Shown here: positions 16,061 to 24,986 of the stretch, one piece after another
How the letters are laid out: each line of letters opens with the position of its first letter
Position numbering within the stretch: position 1 is the first letter of the stretch
Source: a virus
Lineage: Duplodnaviria > Caudoviricetes
Length of the DNA stretch: 42,558 bases
IMG/VR virus record: IMGVR_UViG_3300048599_000899
Span: 1 to 42,558 of that record
Strand: one strand, 5' to 3'
Notes under the pieces: model-generated
What the model saw: the letters and a program-made list of their open reading frames with translations, nothing else
What the model was told of the DNA's origin: nothing
The model's database searches: none
Made by a program: the position numbers and the translations under genes

Positions 16061-16426
16061 ATGGCGGTCGGACGCAAAACCGGCGGCCGGCAGAAAGGCA
16101 CGCCGAACAAGGCGACCGCCCGCCGCGAACGCGAGATCGCGAAGTCCGGCCTAACCCCACTTGAGTACATGCTGAAGGTCATGCGGAACGACAAGGCTGA
16201 CCCAGCGCGTCGCGACGACATGGCAAAGGCAGCGGCGCCCTACGTCCACCCCAAGCTGGCGGCGGTGCAGCACACAGGCCGAAACGGGGGGCCGATCCAA
16301 CATGTCGATCTCACGAGCCTGACCAGTGAACAATTGGACCAGCTCGAAAGCATTTTCGGTCCCCTTGCCGTCGCCTCGGGTGATGATGACGGCGATCCAG
16401 AGGGAGAAGGAGCGACGTCGGGCTGA
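16061..16426 (+). CDS. terS: Terminase small subunit
   Basis: GRKTGGRQKGTPNKAT, TPLEYML, AAPYVHPKL; directly upstream of terL. Confidence 0.85.
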   Translation: MAVGRKTGGRQKGTPNKATARREREIAKSGLTPLEYMLKVMRNDKADPARRDDMAKAAAPYVHPKLAAVQHTGRNGGPIQHVDLTSLTSEQLDQLESIFGPLAVASGDDDGDPEGEGATSG

Positions 16427-17870
16427 GGCAGAACGCGAGCGGGTTTCTCGCGACGCTGATGCAATCCGTGATCGCTGTCGGTCCCTTGGCGGCTTCGTCA
16501 AGGAAGCCTGGCACGTCCTCGAACCGACGAACCCGCTGAAATGGTCCTGGCACCTCGACGCGATGTGCGCCCACCTCGAGGCGATCAGCTTAGGCCAGAT
16601 GGAGCCTCGACTGATCATCAACGTTCCGCCGGGGTCGTCAAAGTCGATGATCGTGTCGGTGCTATGGCAGGCGTGGGAGTGGGGGCCGCTCGGCAACGCG
16701 TCGCTGCGCTACCTGACGACCTCCTTCGAGGAGGAGAACGTCAAGCGCGACACCCGGAAGACGCGGGACCTTATCCGGTCGGAATGGTTTCGAGCGCTCT
16801 GGCCCGAGGTCGTGCTGACCAGGGCAGGGGAGACGTCTTTCGCGAGTTCCGCGACGGGCACCCGCGAGGGCGTTCCCTTCGCATCCATCACCGGCAAGCG
16901 GGGCGACCGGTTCGTCATTGACGACCCGCACAGCCTGGACGGCGCCGAGAGCGAGGCAGACCGCACCAAGGCGACGCGGCGCTTCCTGGAAGGCGGCCTG
17001 AACCGGGTCAACGACCAGACCGCTTCAGCCATCGTAGTCGTGATGCAGCGCCTGCATGAGGCTGACCTCTCAGGCGTGCTGCTCTCGCGGCAGTTGGGCT
17101 TCGTCCACCTGCTGATCCCGATCGAGTTCGAGCCTGACCGCAGGTGCATGACGCCGATCGGCTGGAAGGACCCACGGACCTACGATGGCGAGCTGATGGA
17201 CCCGGTCCGGATGCCACGCGAGGCAGTCGACAGGCTCAAGTCGGTGTCGGACTACTCCTGGGCCGGCCAGTATCAGCAGCGACCCGTGCCGCGCGAGGGC
17301 GGCCTGTTCAAGCGCCATTGGTTCGAGGGGAAGGTCATAAAGGCCGCGCCGCCCGGAACGGTCTGGTGGCGCCACTGGGACCTCGCGGCGACCGCCAAGA
17401 AGACCTCGGCCCGGACGGCCGGGGTGAAGATGGGCCGCACGCCCGACGGCAAGTTCATCATCGGCCACGTGATCAAGACCCAGGCCGAGGGCGCGCAGGT
17501 GCGCAGCCTCATCAAAGCCACGGCCGAAATCGACGGCCACGAGGTCGGCATCAGCCTTCCGCAGGACCCTGGCCAGGCCGGCAAGGTGCAGAAGGCCGAC
17601 TTCATCACGCAGCTCGCCGGCTGGAACGTCCGCGCCGAACCCGAGACCGGCGACAAGTTCACCCGGGCCGAACCGTTCTCCGCACAGTGCGAGGGCGGCA
17701 ACGTCTACCTCGTCGAGGGGGACTGGAACTCGGACTATCTGGACGAGCTCTGCCTCTTTCCCGGCGGGACCTGGAAGGACCAGGTGGACGCCTCGTCGGG
17801 CGCCTTTGGTCGTCTCGTTAAACCTGCAGCGCCCACAGCGCTCTTCGGCACCTACGCATCAAGGGGGTGA
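16383..17870 (+). CDS. terL: Terminase large subunit
   Basis: INVPPGSSKS (Walker A), VIDDPH (Walker B), YQQRP, HWDLA and KDQVDA nuclease motifs; exact start uncertain. Confidence 0.96.
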   Translation: MMTAIQREKERRRAEAERERVSRDADAIRDRCRSLGGFVKEAWHVLEPTNPLKWSWHLDAMCAHLEAISLGQMEPRLIINVPPGSSKSMIVSVLWQAWEWGPLGNASLRYLTTSFEEENVKRDTRKTRDLIRSEWFRALWPEVVLTRAGETSFASSATGTREGVPFASITGKRGDRFVIDDPHSLDGAESEADRTKATRRFLEGGLNRVNDQTASAIVVVMQRLHEADLSGVLLSRQLGFVHLLIPIEFEPDRRCMTPIGWKDPRTYDGELMDPVRMPREAVDRLKSVSDYSWAGQYQQRPVPREGGLFKRHWFEGKVIKAAPPGTVWWRHWDLAATAKKTSARTAGVKMGRTPDGKFIIGHVIKTQAEGAQVRSLIKATAEIDGHEVGISLPQDPGQAGKVQKADFITQLAGWNVRAEPETGDKFTRAEPFSAQCEGGNVYLVEGDWNSDYLDELCLFPGGTWKDQVDASSGAFGRLVKPAAPTALFGTYASRG

Positions 17871-19420
17871 GCTTGACCGACCAGTTCAACCCCGCGGAGA
17901 CCTCGTCGGACTACAAGGCCATGCTGCCCTACTGGGAGATGGTCGACACCATCTTGGAAGGCGCGCAGGCCATGCGCGACGCCGGGGAAAAGTACCTGCC
18001 CAAGTTCCCGCAGGAAGACCGTGAGGACTACGCCTATCGGCGGAAGAACGCGAAGTTCACGAACATCTATGCCGACATTGTCGAGAACCTCGCCGCCAAG
18101 CCATTCGCAGAGGAAGTCGGCCTGGCTGAGGACGCCGACGAGCGGTTTCGCGCTCTCGCCGAAGACATCGACGGCCGCGGCAACAACCTGCACGTCTTCG
18201 CTGCGTCGACCTTCTATCGCGGCATCAACAACGCCATTGACTGGATCCTCGTCGACTTTACCCGGGCGACGCCGCGTGAGGACGGCCAGCCGCTGTCGAT
18301 GGAAGACGAGGCCAAGCAAGGCCTTCGCCCGTACTGGGTCCACATCCCGGCCCGACGCATGCTGGCGGTCTATTCCGATGTGGTCGCGGGCAAGGAGGTC
18401 TTCGTCCATGCGCGGATTCGCGAGGACATCGTGCGGCGCAAAAGCTCGGACGAGGAGACGATCCCGCGCGTCAGGGTTCTGAACCGCGAGCCTATCACCG
18501 GCACAGCCGGTGCGGTCGTTGGCTATGGCCCGGCTACCTATCAAGTTTGGGAGCAGCGCGCCCAGCAGCCCGGCGACGCGGCGGTCTGGCGGGTTGTCGA
18601 AAGCGGACCTCTGACCATAGGCGAGATTGCGCTCGCTCCGTTCATCACTGGGCGCCGCAAGGAAGGCGCCTGGCGGTTTCGCCCCCCAATGCGCGACTGC
18701 GCCTTCCTGCAGGTTGAGCACTATCAGCAAGAGACGGCGCTCAAGTCGATCAAGGAGCTGACGGCCTTCCCGATGTTGGCGGCCAATGGCGTCCAGCCGG
18801 CCATGGGGGCCGATCAGAAGCCCCTGCCGGTGCCGGTCGGCCCCAAGTCGGTTCTGTACGCGCCACCGTTCAGCGGAGAGAGCACCTCGCACGGCGAGTG
18901 GACCTTCATCGAGCCGACTGCGGCCTCTCTCAAGTTCCTGGCCGACGACGTGAAGCGAACCGAGGACCAGCTTCGAGAGCTCGGTCGCCAGCCGCTGACA
19001 GCGCAGACGGGCAATCTGACGGTTGTGACCACAGCATTCGCCGCCCAGAAGGGAAACAGCGCCGTCCAGGCTTGGGCGCTGAACCTGAAGGATGCGCTCG
19101 AGCAGGCCTTCGTGTTCACGGCCAAGTGGCTCCGCATCGACGAAGACTCAGCGCCTTCGGTGAAGGTGTTCAGCGACTTCGACATCGGCCTGAACGACGA
19201 CAAGGGGCCAGAAACCCTGACCAACATGCGTTCCAGCGGCCCGAACGGTCAGCCGGACATCTCCCAGCGCACGCTCTGGTCGGAGATGCAGCGCCGCGGC
19301 GTCTTGGCGGGCGACTTCGATGCCGACAAGGAAGAACAGGCGCTCCTAGACGAGATGCCTGACGACGACAGCGACGAGGACCTGGGCGCGGCGGCCGGGA
19401 CGATTGAGGACACCGAGTGA
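17867..19420 (+). CDS. Portal protein (DUF4055-like)
   Basis: 517 aa after terL; YLPKFPQE...Y..R, DIDGRGNNL, ILVDF, RPYWV. Confidence 0.9.
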   Translation: MSLTDQFNPAETSSDYKAMLPYWEMVDTILEGAQAMRDAGEKYLPKFPQEDREDYAYRRKNAKFTNIYADIVENLAAKPFAEEVGLAEDADERFRALAEDIDGRGNNLHVFAASTFYRGINNAIDWILVDFTRATPREDGQPLSMEDEAKQGLRPYWVHIPARRMLAVYSDVVAGKEVFVHARIREDIVRRKSSDEETIPRVRVLNREPITGTAGAVVGYGPATYQVWEQRAQQPGDAAVWRVVESGPLTIGEIALAPFITGRRKEGAWRFRPPMRDCAFLQVEHYQQETALKSIKELTAFPMLAANGVQPAMGADQKPLPVPVGPKSVLYAPPFSGESTSHGEWTFIEPTAASLKFLADDVKRTEDQLRELGRQPLTAQTGNLTVVTTAFAAQKGNSAVQAWALNLKDALEQAFVFTAKWLRIDEDSAPSVKVFSDFDIGLNDDKGPETLTNMRSSGPNGQPDISQRTLWSEMQRRGVLAGDFDADKEEQALLDEMPDDDSDEDLGAAAGTIEDTE

Positions 19421-20358
19421 GCGACCTGCTCGTCCAGGGAATGCACGGGATGGGGGACTGCCTCCATCAACGGGCCCTGGTGCGGCAGCTTATGGCGAGC
19501 CGTCAGGTGTGGCTCGAGACGCCTTGGCCAGCGATCTATCACGACCTCGTCGATGATGGGCTCAAGCTGGTCGCCAAGCGGTCGCCACTTCGGACCCAGG
19601 CTAAGAACGCGGCGCGGGAAGCCGACCGCTATCATGCACACCGGGGGTTTGCTCCGCAGACGCTCAAGGTGCGCTATTCGCCGGCTGCTGTCAGAGCGCG
19701 GGGATCCGTCCTGAGCGCGATGCTCTGGCAGGCCGGGGCGGCTGAGACAGGCAACGACTTCCGCCTGCCGATCCGCGAGGACTGGGAGGCTCGGGCGGAC
19801 GCGCTCATCGCCTCCTGGGGCGTCGACAAGCCGCTGATGATCTATCGGCCGCTCGTGGTCAGGACTGAGTGGGGCGGCTCGACGGCCAGGAACCCCGATC
19901 ACGCCGCCTACGCCGAGCTCCTTAGGTCGATCCGCGAGCGGTTCTTCGTCGTCTCCGTGGCCGATCTGGTCCCTGACGTCGAGTGGATGGTCGGAGAGCG
20001 GGTCGAGGCCGACGTCGAACTGCATGCTGGCGAGTTGGTATTCGAGGAACTGGCCGCGCTCACGTCGAGGGCGGCGCTTACCTTTGCCGCCCCGGGCTTC
20101 CTGACCATCTTGGCGCAGGCGGTCGGTACGCCGTCGGTTACGGTCTTCGGCGGTTACGAGGACGGCCGCAGCTTCACTGCCGGCGCAAAGTGGGCGCCGC
20201 ACCTGCCGATCGAGCCCGTGAGGCCCTGCGCCTGCTTTCGGCACGACCACGACTGCGACAAGCGCATCGACCTATCCGCCGCTTTGCCGCGGCTCGCCCG
20301 CTTCGCCTTGGACGCCCAGGAGGATGCATGGCTCGTCGGCAGCAAATCGCACGGCTGA
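19417..20358 (+). CDS. GT-B glycosyltransferase, GT9 (heptosyltransferase)-like
   Basis: GMGDCL N-terminal motif; ELAALTSRAAL...G..ILAQAVGTPSVTVFGG; PC.C......C...I tail. Confidence 0.8.
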   Translation: MSDLLVQGMHGMGDCLHQRALVRQLMASRQVWLETPWPAIYHDLVDDGLKLVAKRSPLRTQAKNAAREADRYHAHRGFAPQTLKVRYSPAAVRARGSVLSAMLWQAGAAETGNDFRLPIREDWEARADALIASWGVDKPLMIYRPLVVRTEWGGSTARNPDHAAYAELLRSIRERFFVVSVADLVPDVEWMVGERVEADVELHAGELVFEELAALTSRAALTFAAPGFLTILAQAVGTPSVTVFGGYEDGRSFTAGAKWAPHLPIEPVRPCACFRHDHDCDKRIDLSAALPRLARFALDAQEDAWLVGSKSHG

Positions 20359-20930
20359 GACCTTCGACCACGCTGTTGCCACGGGCCTACGATGTGGCCG
20401 GCCTCCCGACTCGGTTCTTCGGGCCTGGTGAGCTGGTGGCGCTGCTCCATCTCTTCGAGAGCGTGGCGGCGCGCGTGATCATCGAGTTCGGGGTGAACGA
20501 GGGACGCAACGCAGCCGCGGCCCTTCGGAACCTATCCACCATCGAGCGGTATGTCGGCGTCGATGTCCCGCCGGGCTACGTGACCCAGATGGCTGTGCAG
20601 CGGGGAGAAATCCCAGCCGCCCCTGGCCACCTGGCGGCGGGAGACGGGCGGTTCGAGCTCATTATTCGCGAGCATGGCACGTTCGATCTTGAAGCGCCCG
20701 ACCTGCCACAAGCCTGCGCCGTCTTCATCGACGCGGACCACTCCCGTGCGGGGGTGCTGAACGACTATGCACTGGCCCGTGCGGTGACGCGGCCTGGCGG
20801 GCTGATCATCTTCCACGATGACAACGGCCTTCCCGAGGTCGAGGTCACCCAGACGCTGAATGATCTCTGCCGAGCCGGTCGGAACATCGTCCACGTCGAG
20901 GCGACGTGGCTCGCCTTCGAGGCGCTTTGA
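20328..20930 (+). CDS. Class I SAM-dependent (Methyltransf_24-like) methyltransferase
   Basis: IIEFGVNEG, VGVD, FIDADHS...ND...RPGGLIIFHD; AGGAGG RBS before ATG 20328. Confidence 0.88.
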   Translation: MARRQQIARLRPSTTLLPRAYDVAGLPTRFFGPGELVALLHLFESVAARVIIEFGVNEGRNAAAALRNLSTIERYVGVDVPPGYVTQMAVQRGEIPAAPGHLAAGDGRFELIIREHGTFDLEAPDLPQACAVFIDADHSRAGVLNDYALARAVTRPGGLIIFHDDNGLPEVEVTQTLNDLCRAGRNIVHVEATWLAFEAL

Positions 20931-21484
20931 CCACAGCGCTCGTTCTAGGCGGCGCGGCCTGTGTCTGGGCTGATGTCGCCGCCGCTCTAGAACTCGGCGA
21001 GTTCGATGGCGTGGTCGCATGCAACGACGCGGCGGCCGAGTGGCCCGGCCCGCTCGATGCGCTGGTCACGCTTCACGCAGAGAAGGCCGATCTGTGGCGC
21101 GCCAGGAGGTCCAGGAGAGGGCTTGGCGCTCCGGCCCGGATCATCGGCCATCTGGAAGCCAAAGGACGATCTGGGGCCTGCTCTGTAGCTGAGTTCGTTG
21201 AGTACCGCTTCCCCGGGCAAGTCGCGACCGGCTCATCGGGTCTGTTCGCGCTCAAGGCCGCCCTGGTCGACCTGAGCTTCGACAAGGCCGTCCTCTGCGG
21301 CGTCCCTATGAACGACGCACCACACTTCTTCGATGATGCGGCCTGGCGCGGTGCAAGGTCCCACGCCGCCGGCTGGCACGAGGCGCTGCCGGCGATCGGA
21401 GACCGCGCACGATCCATGTCGGGACGCACCGCCGAATGGCTGGGGCGCCCGACCAGTGAATGGCTGAGCGCCACGCTCACCTAG
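20927..21484 (+). CDS. Putative glycosyltransferase-like protein (sialyltransferase/MptE-like Rossmann pattern)
   Basis: ALVLGGA, VVACND, GSSGLFA...A...FDKAVLCGVPM...HF; TTGA overlap. Confidence 0.55.
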   Translation: MTTALVLGGAACVWADVAAALELGEFDGVVACNDAAAEWPGPLDALVTLHAEKADLWRARRSRRGLGAPARIIGHLEAKGRSGACSVAEFVEYRFPGQVATGSSGLFALKAALVDLSFDKAVLCGVPMNDAPHFFDDAAWRGARSHAAGWHEALPAIGDRARSMSGRTAEWLGRPTSEWLSATLT

Positions 21485-21557
21485 CCGCAACGGGGTGATC
21501 CCTGCGGCGCCCACCTCGCGCGGGAAGCGCGAACTCTCGATCCGGGAAGGATAATCC
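21484..21557 (+). promoter_or_regulatory. Three-hairpin leader upstream of scaffold gene
   Basis: Hairpins 21484-21508, tcgcgc-GGGAA-gcgcga 21516-21532, atcc-GGGAA-ggat 21540-21552 (covers the RBS). Confidence 0.6.
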
Positions 21558-22361
21558 ATGGCGCTCAAGGCCATTGTGGAGAAACTCGAAGACGTCGCCG
21601 AACCGATGCGTGAGCACTATCGCGCAGGCACCGCCGACGAAGGGACCGAAGGCAAGTTCGTTCTTGGCGTCGAGGCCGTCTCAGGCTTCACGCTGGAGAA
21701 CGTCGACGGCCTGAAGTCCGCCCTCGGCAAGGAACGCACCCGCGCCGACAAGGCCGAGGCCCTGACCGTCAAGTTCAAGGATCTGGACCCGGACAAGGCG
21801 CGCGCCGCGATGACCGAACTGGAGGAGCTGAAGAAGCTCGATCCCAGCGCCGAGGCCGACAAGATCGCCAACACCAAGTTCGAAGCAGCCAAGGCGCAGC
21901 TCCTCGAGAAGCACGCCTCGGAACTGACCGAGCGCGACGAACGCAACAAGCACCTCTCTTCGACCGTGGAGTCGCTGTTGATCGACGCTGCGGCCACCGC
22001 CGCGCTGGCCGAGGCCAAGGGTTCGGTGGAACTGCTGCTGCCGCACGTGAAGTCGCACACCCGCGTCAAGGAGGTGGACGGCAAGTTCGTGGTCGAGGTC
22101 GTCGACAAGGACGGCAACGGCCGGATCGGCGACGCCAAGGGTACGCCGATGGACATCAAGGGCCTGGTCGCCGAGATGCGCCAGTCCAGCACATTCGCCC
22201 GGGCCTTCGACGGCTCAGGGCAATCCGGCGGCGGGACGCAGGCCGGCCAAGGAACCGGGGGAACCGGAGACCTCAAGCGCAGCCAAATGACCGCGAAGGA
22301 TAAAGCCGACTACATCGGCGAGCACGGTCAGGCGGCATTCCTCAAACTGCCTTTGAAATAG
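21558..22361 (+). CDS. Capsid scaffolding protein
   Basis: Coiled coil (GLKSALGKER), Gly-rich linker and C-terminal KADYIGEHGQAAFLKLP; directly before the capsid gene. Confidence 0.85.
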   Translation: MALKAIVEKLEDVAEPMREHYRAGTADEGTEGKFVLGVEAVSGFTLENVDGLKSALGKERTRADKAEALTVKFKDLDPDKARAAMTELEELKKLDPSAEADKIANTKFEAAKAQLLEKHASELTERDERNKHLSSTVESLLIDAAATAALAEAKGSVELLLPHVKSHTRVKEVDGKFVVEVVDKDGNGRIGDAKGTPMDIKGLVAEMRQSSTFARAFDGSGQSGGGTQAGQGTGGTGDLKRSQMTAKDKADYIGEHGQAAFLKLPLK

Positions 22362-22373
22362 GGACCCCGCCAA

Positions 22374-23336
22374 ATGGCCACCGGAACCACTGTGAACAGC
22401 GACCTGATCGTCTACGATCGGCTCGCTCAGACCGCCTACCTGGAGCGCATCCAGGACGTGATCGCCGTGTTCAACGCCAACAGCCAGGGTGCTCTCATCC
22501 TGCGCAGTGAGGCGATCGAGGGCGATTTCACCAAGGACGCCTTCTACACCGTCCCCGGCTCGCTCGGTCACCGCGACGTCAACTCGGTCGGCCCCGTCAC
22601 ACCCCAGAAGCTCGGGGCTGACGAGATGGTCGGCGTGAAGTCGCCCTGGAAGTATGGCCCGTATCAGACGACCGAAGAGGCGTTTAAGCGCCGCGCGCGG
22701 TCGGTCGAGGAATTCTATCAGATCATCGGTCAGCATATGGCCGACGCCACCCTCGACTACATGATCCAGGCCGCCTTCGCCGCGCTCGGCGCCGCGATCG
22801 GCGCCAACGCCGCCATGGTCACGAGCGGCTCCTTCGCCACCGACCACAAGAAGGTGCTGACGAAGGGCATGCGGAAGTTCGGAGACCGCTTCGGCCGCAT
22901 CGCCATGTTCGGCATGGACTCCAGCGCCTACTTCGATCTGGTGGACGATGCGATCGACCAGAAGATCTACGAGGAAGCTGGCCTCGTGATCTACGGCGGC
23001 ACGCCCGGCACCATGGGTAAGCCGGTCCTCGTCTCGGACAAGATCCCCGAGGACACCATCTTCGGCCTGCAAGCGGGCGCCGTGAGCATCGTCGAGAGCC
23101 AGGCTCCCGGCTTCCGCTCCTACGACGTCAACGACCAGGAGAACCTCGCCATCGGCTACCGCGCCGAGGGTGCGTTCAACGTCGACCTGCTCGGCTACTC
23201 CTGGGACGTCGACGGCTCGCCGCCGGCGCCGGCCAACCCGAACCTGAGCCAACTCGGCTCTGGCGCGAACTGGCGCAAGTACGCCGACTCCGACAAGGCG
23301 ACGGCAGGCTGTATCATCGAACTGGTTTCAGCTTAA
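22374..23336 (+). CDS. Major capsid protein
   Basis: 320 aa after scaffold; VFNANSQGAL, MGKPVLVSD, LLGYSWD...NP...NW...K..AG. Confidence 0.9.
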   Translation: MATGTTVNSDLIVYDRLAQTAYLERIQDVIAVFNANSQGALILRSEAIEGDFTKDAFYTVPGSLGHRDVNSVGPVTPQKLGADEMVGVKSPWKYGPYQTTEEAFKRRARSVEEFYQIIGQHMADATLDYMIQAAFAALGAAIGANAAMVTSGSFATDHKKVLTKGMRKFGDRFGRIAMFGMDSSAYFDLVDDAIDQKIYEEAGLVIYGGTPGTMGKPVLVSDKIPEDTIFGLQAGAVSIVESQAPGFRSYDVNDQENLAIGYRAEGAFNVDLLGYSWDVDGSPPAPANPNLSQLGSGANWRKYADSDKATAGCIIELVSA

Positions 23337-23341
23337 AATGC

Positions 23342-23381
23342 GGGCGCGCCGGGTGCTGGAACACCGCGGCGCGCCCTGACC
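23342..23381 (+). promoter_or_regulatory. Leader hairpin of HNH gene
   Basis: gggcgcgccg-ggtg-CTGGAA-cacc-g-cggcgcgccc followed by tgacc; no U-tract. Confidence 0.55.
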
Positions 23382-23403
23382 AGCCCGAACGTAGGAGGTT
23401 CGA

Positions 23404-23985
23404 GTGGCTATCAGCCGTGTATGCTCCGTTGACGGTTGCGGCAATCCATCTGTCACGCGCAGCTGGTGCGCTAAACATTATGCACGCTGGCGCAGGGTCG
23501 GTTCAGTAAGTGCCGTTCGGCCGTATCTGGATCGTGGAGTGGCTGCAAAGTTCATTCGAGATGTGGCGGTCCCATTCGCTTCGGATGAGTGTTTACGGTG
23601 GCCATACACCGTCGATCCATCTGGACGCGCACGTGTGAAGTGGGGCGGGAGTCACCAACTTGCCCATCGGTTGGTCTGCCGCCTGGTGCATGGCGATCCT
23701 CCTACCGCCCAGCATGAGGTCGCCCATTCGTGCGGATGCTCTCATCTTGGCTGTGTGAACCCTCGGCACTTGCGATGGGCTACGCATACCGAGAACGAAG
23801 CCGACAAAAAGATGCACGGCACCTCTCAACACGGCGAGCGTAACCATCAGGCGAAGCTGACAAATCTTCAGGTGGTGGAAATTCGGAAGCTGAAGGGATC
23901 GGCGTCTCAGCAGGCTATCGCGGACCGGTTTGGTGTCAGCCAAACGCTCGTCGGGCTCATCCACCGAAAGCAGAGATGGATATAG
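23404..23985 (+). CDS. HNH homing endonuclease
   Basis: CSVDGC...WCAKHYARWRR, AHRLVC..VHG, VAHSCG...CVNPRHLRWATHTEN..D, C-terminal HTH; lower GC; AGGAGG RBS. Confidence 0.93.
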   Translation: MAISRVCSVDGCGNPSVTRSWCAKHYARWRRVGSVSAVRPYLDRGVAAKFIRDVAVPFASDECLRWPYTVDPSGRARVKWGGSHQLAHRLVCRLVHGDPPTAQHEVAHSCGCSHLGCVNPRHLRWATHTENEADKKMHGTSQHGERNHQAKLTNLQVVEIRKLKGSASQQAIADRFGVSQTLVGLIHRKQRWI

Positions 23986-23997
23986 GGGCAGATTGTG

Positions 23998-24543
23998 ATG
24001 ACCGAAGTGATTTATTCCCAGCAGCGCAACGGCTTCGTCGAAGGCCGGACCTACCTCAACCCCCGCTTCTTCGAGCGGCCTATGCCTGGCGTTGATAAGG
24101 TTCTGATCGTCGGCGACTGGCCGAAGATTGCTCACGCCTACGCCGCCCTGAACATTCCCGTCGAGATCGTCGGGGGCGATCAGGTCCGTGCTGTCGCTGG
24201 CGCCGAAGTCGCGCCGCACCCGCTGGTCGAAGCCATCTCCGACCTCGACGAGCGCGCCAAGGTTTACATCCCTGACGACTGGGCGAGCCTCCCGTGGTCG
24301 CGGCCGACCGATGCCGGACTCACGCTGCGCGGCTTAGCTGCGGTGTTTGCCGATACCCCCGTCCTCAACAAGGAGGACGCCCGCAACGCTATCGGCGCCG
24401 AACTCGCCCGCCGTGCGGAAGGCGCTGAAATGCGCGAGCACATTCACGTCCCCGCCCATGACGAGCATGTGCATCAGCCGGCTTGGAACGAGCCGAGCAG
24501 GGATGCTGATGGGCGCAGCCTCCGCGACGCCGCAGCCGAATGA
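23998..24543 (+). CDS. Hypothetical virion-associated protein
   Basis: Position after capsid/HNH; ATGA overlap with the next gene. Confidence 0.75.
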   Translation: MTEVIYSQQRNGFVEGRTYLNPRFFERPMPGVDKVLIVGDWPKIAHAYAALNIPVEIVGGDQVRAVAGAEVAPHPLVEAISDLDERAKVYIPDDWASLPWSRPTDAGLTLRGLAAVFADTPVLNKEDARNAIGAELARRAEGAEMREHIHVPAHDEHVHQPAWNEPSRDADGRSLRDAAAE

Positions 24544-24986
24544 CCACGATCGCATATCGCGATGGGGTAATGGCGGCGGACACTCGCGCTTACTCGGCCA
24601 CGCGATTTCCAGTCGGTCAGAAGGTGAAGATCAAGCGGCTCGATGACGGGACGCTGATCGGTTGCTCTTCCGTCGTGCCTGGGCAGGGCGAGGCGGTCAT
24701 CAACTGGTACGCAGCGGGCGCCGATCCAACGGCCCCGCCGATCGTGGAATCGAAGGCCTCACTGCTGGCGATCAAACCCAATGGGGAAGTCTTCTTCGCC
24801 AACGATAGCTGGTTCATCAGCGGCCCGCTGACCGGCGAGTTCTTCGCTATTGGCTCCGGCAATGAGTACGCTCTGGGCGCGATGGCGATGGGCGCCTCTG
24901 CTGAGAGAGCCATCGAAATCGCGTGCGACCTAGACGTTTGGTCGGCCAAACCCGTGATGGTGTTGCGCCTCGGTGACGCGGCCTGA
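24540..24986 (+). CDS. Ntn-hydrolase, proteasome beta/HslV-like peptidase
   Basis: N-terminal (M)TTIAY, AADTR, K, AIGSG..YALGAM, AIEIACDLDVWS. Confidence 0.85.
   Translation: MTTIAYRDGVMAADTRAYSATRFPVGQKVKIKRLDDGTLIGCSSVVPGQGEAVINWYAAGADPTAPPIVESKASLLAIKPNGEVFFANDSWFISGPLTGEFFAIGSGNEYALGAMAMGASAERAIEIACDLDVWSAKPVMVLRLGDAA

Noticed and set aside
23337-23995. Group I intron carrying the HNH
   Set aside because: The capsid gene ends intact before it, and the flanks are too short for an intron core.
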